Assembly (NCBI GenBank): GCA_964035545.1
Contig: OZ037773.1
Span: 5,361,751-5,425,750, forward strand
Reading direction: 5' to 3'
Source of the DNA: Bugula neritina
Taxonomy: Eukaryota; Animalia; Bryozoa
Length of the DNA: 64,000 nt
Shown: positions 56,679-64,000 of the stretch, piece by piece
How the letters are laid out: the number at the start of each line of letters is the position of its first letter
Numbering within the stretch: the stretch's first letter is position 1
Position numbers and translations under genes: made by a program
Notes under the pieces: generated by a model
Told to the model about the DNA's origin: nothing
Database searches by the model: none
What the model saw: only the letters and a program-made list of their open reading frames with translations

Positions 56679-58913
56679 ATGAAGCTCGATAAAAGACCAG
56701 ATTTTGTTCAGAGGAGGCGACTCCTGCTATCTTACAGCTGTGGGATATGTAGAGATATAGTCGTTCTAGCTTATCAGACTGCTTGTAATAAACAGTAAGC
56801 ACATATCATTCTCTAAACAACTTGTATTATATATAGTATGCATTCCAAGAATGTGCAGAAGTTGTCTTCCCACTGCAAAATGTTCCGAATGGGGAATCAC
56901 AATTTTTTATGGTTTTCATAGTTTTGCCAAAGTTTACTGCTGTGTCCGAATATTTTGACTTTGTTGTACTTTATATAAAATTTCAGATATTCAAGTTGAA
57001 GCATGTTTATAGATGTGCATCCCAGGCAAGCAGCTGAGTTGTAAATATGTAGTCTTGCATTGGTGTTATTATTTGACTATATTGCTAAGTACTACAAGAG
57101 TGTAGCTGTAGGACTATATCAACTTTGCCCGTAGTCTTAACAGTGCAATTTTTTTACCACCCAATGTTTAAATCCATGGAGAATTTTAGATTATTTGCCC
57201 ATATGAATAAGTATAGTATTTTGTACAATGTAAAATTATTAGATTGAAAAATATGGGAAGACGAAAAATTCTACAAAAATATCTTTCAGTTGTACACAAT
57301 TTGCAGTTATAGAGCACTTAGACCACCTGTCTACGCTATGAAATATGTCTTTCAGAATATAATCTATATATCATTTCAATGATGAGTGTACATGAGCTTG
57401 CTACTGATATAACAAGGTGACATATATATTCATTTCGAGCTCACTTTTCTCTCATTGTCTATTGCTACATGTTAAGCACTACGTTTCCAAACTTCAAATT
57501 ATGCAATGGTTGAAAACAGTTGCATGACATAAAACCACAACCATTATTTCATGTAAACTGCAACCACCAGTTCATCTGTAGGAGCTTCTTTTCCCTGAAG
57601 TCGTGGAAACACAGCTAGTGTAACTTACAGCTAGCCTAGTGGACTGCAGGTAAAGTATTATGTATATGGGTTGCTTTTAACTTATTGTAGAGTATGCGAA
57701 GTATGTATAACAGAAAAGTTTGGAAATAACTCCGTCATACCATGTCCGTTCCTCCATGGAGATGGAGAAGAGTGTGAGACAGAAGGTCTGGAGTGGGCCA
57801 CGGTGTATCCTGATTCTATTACACGGAACAAACTCTCTAAGGAGATGTGCTTCTGTGTAAACAGGCAGTTTGGGTGCTGCAAGGAGGTTCGTTGGAAGGA
57901 CTTGCAGGTGAGTGACAATAACATCTCCAATACTTCTTCTGATATACACAATTGAGTTGCAATGACATCTTCAATGCTACTTCTGTTATACACAATTGAG
58001 TTACAATGATATCTTCAATGCTATTTCTGATATTATACACAGTTGAGTTACAATGATATCTTCGATGCTATTTCTGCTATACATAGATGACTTACAATGA
58101 TATCTTTAATGCTACTTCTGCTTTGTATAATTGAGTTTCAATGACTTCTTCAATAATGATTCTATTACATGTAATTGGGTTGCAATGAGATCTTTAATGC
58201 ATGCAAATGTTATACCTTTTATATTGTTTTAATTGTTATTATATCTTTGCTGTTACTTTTATTCTTACATAAAATGCATCTTTTAAACATAAAAACACAG
58301 CTGTTGATTTTCGCTATACAGTTTTCACAATCTAATTAATGACTGAAGAGTAAAATTGTGTATTTGTGTTTGATCTGTTCCATAGAAACACATTGAGGAA
58401 TGCCCCTATGAACCAACTGTTTGCCCCAACGAGGGATGTGATAAGAAGTACGACTACATGCATATGTTAGAGCATCAGAATAGCTGCGTGTACGGACAAG
58501 TGCAGTGTCACTACTGTAACACTGTGACTTTGAGAAAGGATCTTCTAGTACGTACAATGTGCTTGCTTTTAATCTCTTTTTACTTTATCTTTTTTGCTTA
58601 TGTTGATTAGCTGATAACAAAAGAGACTTTGAATAAATTAACTAAAGGTCCTGTAGTAAAGTTTGATAGTGTTCAAAAACTCTTTTGATGAGACAACTCT
58701 TAAGGTAGCTCAGCATTTGGGGAATACTATAATTCTTCTTTTGAATATGTCACTGAATGTTCTCTGTTTATAGTATATTTATATCCAGTTACACAAAACA
58801 TTGAAGAGAATTTGACAATTCTCATATACCCTTAGGAAGTTTAAAATGTACTTATTATTACTGACATGGATGTATTATATAGTCCTTGATGTAAAGTGCT
58901 GCAGCTTTGATGA

Positions 58914-58978
<65 letters not shown>

Positions 58979-61900
58979 ACACGTGGCCTATGACGCTCTT
59001 ACATCTTTCTGGAAGGCTACATCGCGTGAAAATCTTGTTCATTATGAGCAATGTTTTAGGTTTCAAAGTCAGTCATGTTTGAATATCATTAATACAACAA
59101 GATTTTCAGAATGAATGGAGACACAATGATTGTTATAGTATAGATCTTTCTAGAAAGTTTTTTTATATCTGGATAACAATAGTGAGTAGAAATTTCTACA
59201 TTAGATGTTTCATATCTCACTTGTGTCTTACTCAAGCAGTAACTTGTCTGTTTGTCTGTACAATACTGAATACTTTAGGAGCATGTTGAAGAATGTGAGA
59301 AAGAGGATACGGTGTGCGGAGGTTGTAGCAAATTATTCTCCTCTCGTGGAAGTGTGAGTTGTATTCCGTTGTTATTGAAAGCAGTTTGTGATATTTATAT
59401 TGTGTATGAAATGCCAGTTGGTAAAAATCTACTTTAATAATATCAATGTCATCGCCGCTTTGTATTATGAATATTCGAGTAAGTTACAACATATAAATGG
59501 TAATTCACGGATGGAAAGCTAGATAGTCAAATATTAGTACTTATAATTTCAGTTTTTAAAATTTTTCGCTAGTTACTTCATTTAAAATCAAAGCTAAAAA
59601 ATATTCTTTATTCTTGCCTAACTTTATAGTTAATAAAACCACAATACTAGATTTTGTAATACTTACTGCACAGTCTTTAAATTTTCAAGAGAAATATTAT
59701 TGACTTTTATTAGATCAAACTTGTAAATTTACCTGTTGAATTAACTTGTTGAGTTTACATGTAAAATTTACCTGTTGAACTTGCTAAGATGGCAGCACTT
59801 TTATTGACTCCTTGCAGTTGTCAGTTCACCAGCAGACTGACCCCGGCTGCCTGCTCTCTGCTGGAAAGTGTTACTTCTACTCGGCCTGTCACTTCGAGAC
59901 GGACAGTCTAGAGGCACTGCGGGCTCACCTCCAGGACCCCCAAACAGAGGCCCAACACCTGGAGCACCTGGCTATCAGACTTCAGGAGCTGGAAGACAAC
60001 GTAGAGGTGTGACTCAGTCACCCCTGTAATGGTTTTTATATTTATTTTAGAAACTATATCTATATGCCGCATTCTCTGGCTTTTACATTCTTATTTTAAC
60101 GCTTTTTGTCTGGCATTTCTGCTGAAGACAGTTTGGCCATCAGTAAGCTGAGAGGTAATTACTTACTTCTTGTTGTGTTTCCCCTTGTTTCCCTCTGTTG
60201 AAGTTTTTTATTATTTCATTTTCCGAGAATAAATTTTGTAAGCTTTGACGAGTAAAATCTACTCATTGAGTAGGTTCTGGCGAATAGCCAACCTTTGTAG
60301 TAAAACCTTTGATTTGTCTAACAGGAAGTGCATCATCAGCTCCTTGTCCTTGACCCTGAGTATTGTTACTATCACTACATTTCCAAGCTTTATATTATGC
60401 GAATTAATTTTTCATTTGATGTTTTGAAACAGTTGCATCGAATGAAGCCACAACCATAAGTTCATGCAAGTTGCATGGTATGTGAAGTAAGGGAAACGCA
60501 GTGTATGAGGTTAGAGTGTTTGACCCATGCTGTGTTATGTAGCTGTAGCAGTTTACTCTCTGAGTGTTACGCTGTCCTGTAGTTTCTGTCACCTCCCCCC
60601 CCCCCCCCCCCAACTACTCTCTTTACAATCTACTATTGTTTAATTCAGTTTTCAGTCTCACTTCAATGATTTTGTGTCTTATTTTAGAATAGACCGCATA
60701 TTCTTCTGCGAGCTGTTGCCCCTCGGGTTGTCCCACTCACGGTAGGCCAACTATATTCTAATTTAAATTAAAGTACAATATATTATTTTGGAGTTGTGTT
60801 CTCTCTTTGATCACTCTACTAGGTCCGATTAGCTAAAAGCCATTGAGTGATGTCACACCAAACAAAGTTAGAGTGTCATGGAAATTTAATTAGGACTTCT
60901 TGTAGAAATTTTGAAACATTTAACTGTAATAGTTGAGTGATCTTATTACTAGGTCACATTAGTAGGTCACATTATTAAATGACATTATTAGGTCAGAATG
61001 CTGGGTCACATTATTACCATAATCAACAACTGAAAAACTAGTAATTGGTCTATAATTTTTATGATCGACTTTTATTGACAACTTCAGTATTTTATGACCC
61101 ATTAAGTTTTGTTTGTCCCTAGAAAGCAGTATTTGGCATCTCGGTGAAGGTGGCAGATCTGGAGGAACGAGCAAATCTGTCTAGGGAAGACAGGTCCAGA
61201 TTCAAACCAGCGATAAGGTCAGCTGACAACGTATCACGAACAGTCGGTAATCTGCAAAGTACACTTGCCGGGCTAGAGAGAGAAGTCAAGGATACTGGCC
61301 TCAGTGAGTACAGTTGGTTATTGTCTGCTCTTGGATTAGTAATGAGTTTATTTGTAGTCCGAATTTTTATCATGTGATGTTTTCATTGATGTGTTGGTCA
61401 CCCAAATAAGTTTAAGTTTTGTATCAATTGTAGCAGTTGCCAAGTTAAACTTCTGGCAGCGCATTGCATCAAGTAACGTGCTGCCGACAGCTAGTGCTGC
61501 TTTAGATTGTGTAATGCCTCTCCTCCGCCCTTTACTGTTAGTAACATTTCCGTCAACTTGAAAAGGCCATGAAGAGGCTATGTAGACCTTAGAAACAGCT
61601 ACACTGCAAAGCAGTGCAGCTGTTTCTAAATTCTAATGCACTTGGTTCCCTCGTCATAATTATTTGTGCATTACGTCATACAGGCCAAAGTTGGAACATT
61701 TTCTATTTGAAGATGTTTGTTCTTGCAGCAACTTGGATTATAAGTTTTTACCTATTGCAAAAACATTAAAAAGAAAAACATATAATATTTTCCTCTGCTT
61801 TTGACTTAAATGGCGTGTCACCGTTGGAAATTCCTGGCCAGGAAACATTGCAATATTTTTTTATTTCTGAAATGCTTTAAGTTTTTTAAACTTTCTGTTG

Positions 61901-63449
61901 CTTTTTTAATATTAGGTGAAGTGCCTAGCCTACAAACTCGCACCCAAGATCTTCAGGCAAACTCTAAGGCTTTGAAAGCTCTCACTAGAAGAACGATGGT
62001 AAGAACTTGTTGATACATTACTCTCAACATATTGCTGAATGACAAAGTGATTGCAAATGGCAAAGTGTTGTTTATTTACTTGTTGTGCCCGTCTCTCTCA
62101 TGGAGTTGCTAGAAGTAAGTCTCGCATTGCAGTCACCTTTTACTTGTTGTTATTTTGTAGAACTTGGAGTCGGCCTGGGATAATGGCATGTACGTGTGGA
62201 AAATAGACAAATACAGGCAAAAGAAACTGCAAGCCGTTCGCTATGAGGGGCGGTTTGAGATGAGCCCCTCCTTCTTCTCTAAGAAATATGGCTACAAGAT
62301 GTGCTGTAAAGTTAGTTAACCAGTTGTTTGGGAATTATTTATTTAACAGCTTTATGAATGTTTTGAGAGTTATGACTACGAGTGAAATTATACTAGTACT
62401 GAAGCAAGTCTTTCTTAGTCAGTTCTAAATCCCAAATCAGTATACAGAATGTTGATGTATATCTATTTTATAACATTTTATAAAGATAATAGTCTATTTA
62501 CTGACTTGGGATTTTCAATCAGAACTCGTTTTGCTATAAAATTTGGTGCTTGAAATTTTTTGACTTGAGTTGCTTAAATCATTCACTGAAGCAGTGACTT
62601 GACTTAATTGACGTGCTGCAAAATTTTTGAGGCTTTTGCAAATCAAAGTAACAAGTTATCTAATTTAATTTTGAGCACCTACAGCAAGAATTTTTGTCTG
62701 GTACATCACTTAGCCTAAAACTTATATAGCTACTGACTTGACTTGACTTTTACTCATGTCGGCTTTCAAGTTGAAGTATTGAGTTTTAACAATTAAAATC
62801 AGATTTAAAAAGTAACAACTTTCACCCCAACACTTTAGAGTGTAGAAGGGTTTAAAACTTCTGAAACTTTTGAAACTAACCATGAAGTCACACACAAAAT
62901 ATAGAGGCACGCTTAACTGTTTAAACAATTTCGTACCTACATTTTACACCCCAATAATAAGGCAAGATTTACACCTCACACTTAACAGCTACGATGACTT
63001 CTTATGTAAAACATTTTTGTTTTCTTTCAATAATCCGTAGAGAGGTGAGGTAGAGGAATGATTGTAACTTCAAGTTGTTTCATTTGATTAACAAATTTTA
63101 TTCAAATTGATTGAATTCTACTGCAAAATTCAAAGTTAATAGTTTGTGTCAAATACTAAGGATTAAGCACTTTATGTGATATAAAGGTCATAAGTTATTT
63201 ACGTTGTGCTCCTCTAATGCTGCTGGCATACAGCTTAGCCTCAGTGCCTACCATCACCCTTGTTATTTCTTCATCAAACAGGCTTATCTTAATGGACATG
63301 AAGGTGGCAGAGGCCAGTATCTCAGTCTTTACTTCGTCTTGATGAGAAGCGAATTTGATGACATTCTCGAGTTTCCATTCAATCAGAGGATCACTTTCAA
63401 GTTGTTGGCTCCACAAAGGTGGTGGTTAAACAAAGAAGAGACGATTTTG
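56679..63449 (+). CDS. TRAF: TRAF (TRAF-D), partial, last MATH exon outside the window. Exons: 56679-56794, 57691-57907, 58386-58547, 59279-59353, 59818-60006, 60688-60741, 61123-61303, 61916-61998, 62161-62310, 63282-63449
   Basis: In-frame spliced ORF: MKLDKRPDFV..CGICRDIVVLAYQTACNKQVCEVC..CPFLH, zinc fingers, 181- and 83-nt coiled-coil exons, MATH (DNGMYVWKIDKY..YGYKMCCKAYLNGHEG..LSLYFVLMRSEFDDILEFPFNQRITF). Start codon inferred (in-frame TGA at 56646). Confidence 0.9.
57909..58200. repeat. 44-bp minisatellite starting at a TRAF-D donor site
   Basis: TGAGTT(G/A)CAATGA(C/T)ATCTTCAATGCTACTTCTG.TATACACAAT units at 57909, 57953, 57997 and onward, ~7 copies. Confidence 0.9.
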
Positions 63450-64000
63450 GTAAGTGATTTGCTCAGATGAGCATTGACTTTCATGTATTTCCCAGCATTT
63501 GCCTTGTGAATCTGTAGTAGGTGCAGTAATAGAGAAATTGAGTAAAGCCTGTGTTCTAGATTAGAAATGTAGCATAAGAAGTTATGTTCTCGCTATAAAT
63601 TCAGCCTGCGCCCCAAACAAACATTTGATAATAAAATTAGAGAACTTGGGGTATCTCAATTTCTCCACTACTGCTCCTAAATGGTAAGTCTGTATCTGCA
63701 AATAATGTATTGTTTAGTGGAATTTGGTATACAGTCACAGTCAATGGCTGCTTAATATAAGGACAATAATAAAGTGAGAAAAACAAAGGTAGTAGAAACA
63801 AACGATTCAAACCTATGTAATCAATATCAGTCAACTTCAGTCAACTTTTGTCCTTGTCTGCTCACTATTTACTTGTACTAGATGGTTGGATGTAACCTTT
63901 TGATGTAACTTGTAACAATTATATACTGTGTCAGCATGAAAGGAAAGGAATTTATTTTTAAAAAATTGCTTAAAGTTTTGCTGTAAAACAAAAATTATTT

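Noticed and set aside
61590-61628. Small hairpin TAGAAACAGCT.CACTGC-AAA-GCAGTG.AGCTGTTTCTA
   Set aside because: Too short for a pre-miRNA and sits in transposon-like intronic sequence; no further support.
63605-63630. Candidate last exon of TRAF-D (CAG|CCTGCGCCC)
   Set aside because: Stop after 7 codons and no NIASG motif; the true exon is probably beyond the window.

Overview
AT-rich, intron-rich animal (invertebrate-like) genomic DNA; I cannot assign a species. Left end: the 5' part of an eIF3 subunit K gene on the minus strand (6 coding exons, 3' end outside the window). Head-to-head with it lies a tandem array of four plus-strand TRAF genes of the TRAF2/3/5 type (RING, 5 zinc fingers, coiled coil, MATH), here called TRAF-A (13255-29659, ~557 aa), TRAF-B (35415-41538, ~486 aa), TRAF-C (43937-51414, ~549 aa) and TRAF-D (56679->63449, last exon outside the window). 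Exon models were built by hand from GT-AG sites, phase continuity and cross-paralog alignment. Notable points: all four paralogs lack the canonical RING histidine and carry an extra His/Cys in an expanded loop; TRAF-B has lost the coiled coil and the receptor-binding serine triad; A and C share a near-identical tract (including an intron) over the MATH C-terminus; kB sites lie upstream of C and D; the 10.6-kb intron 9 of A opens with an ISRE-bearing promoter-like island whose ATG could splice in frame to give a MATH-only isoform, and also holds an ISL2EU-like foldback element with ~890-bp arms. The rest is MITEs, SINEs, a LINE fragment and micro/minisatellites, several anchored on splice sites.
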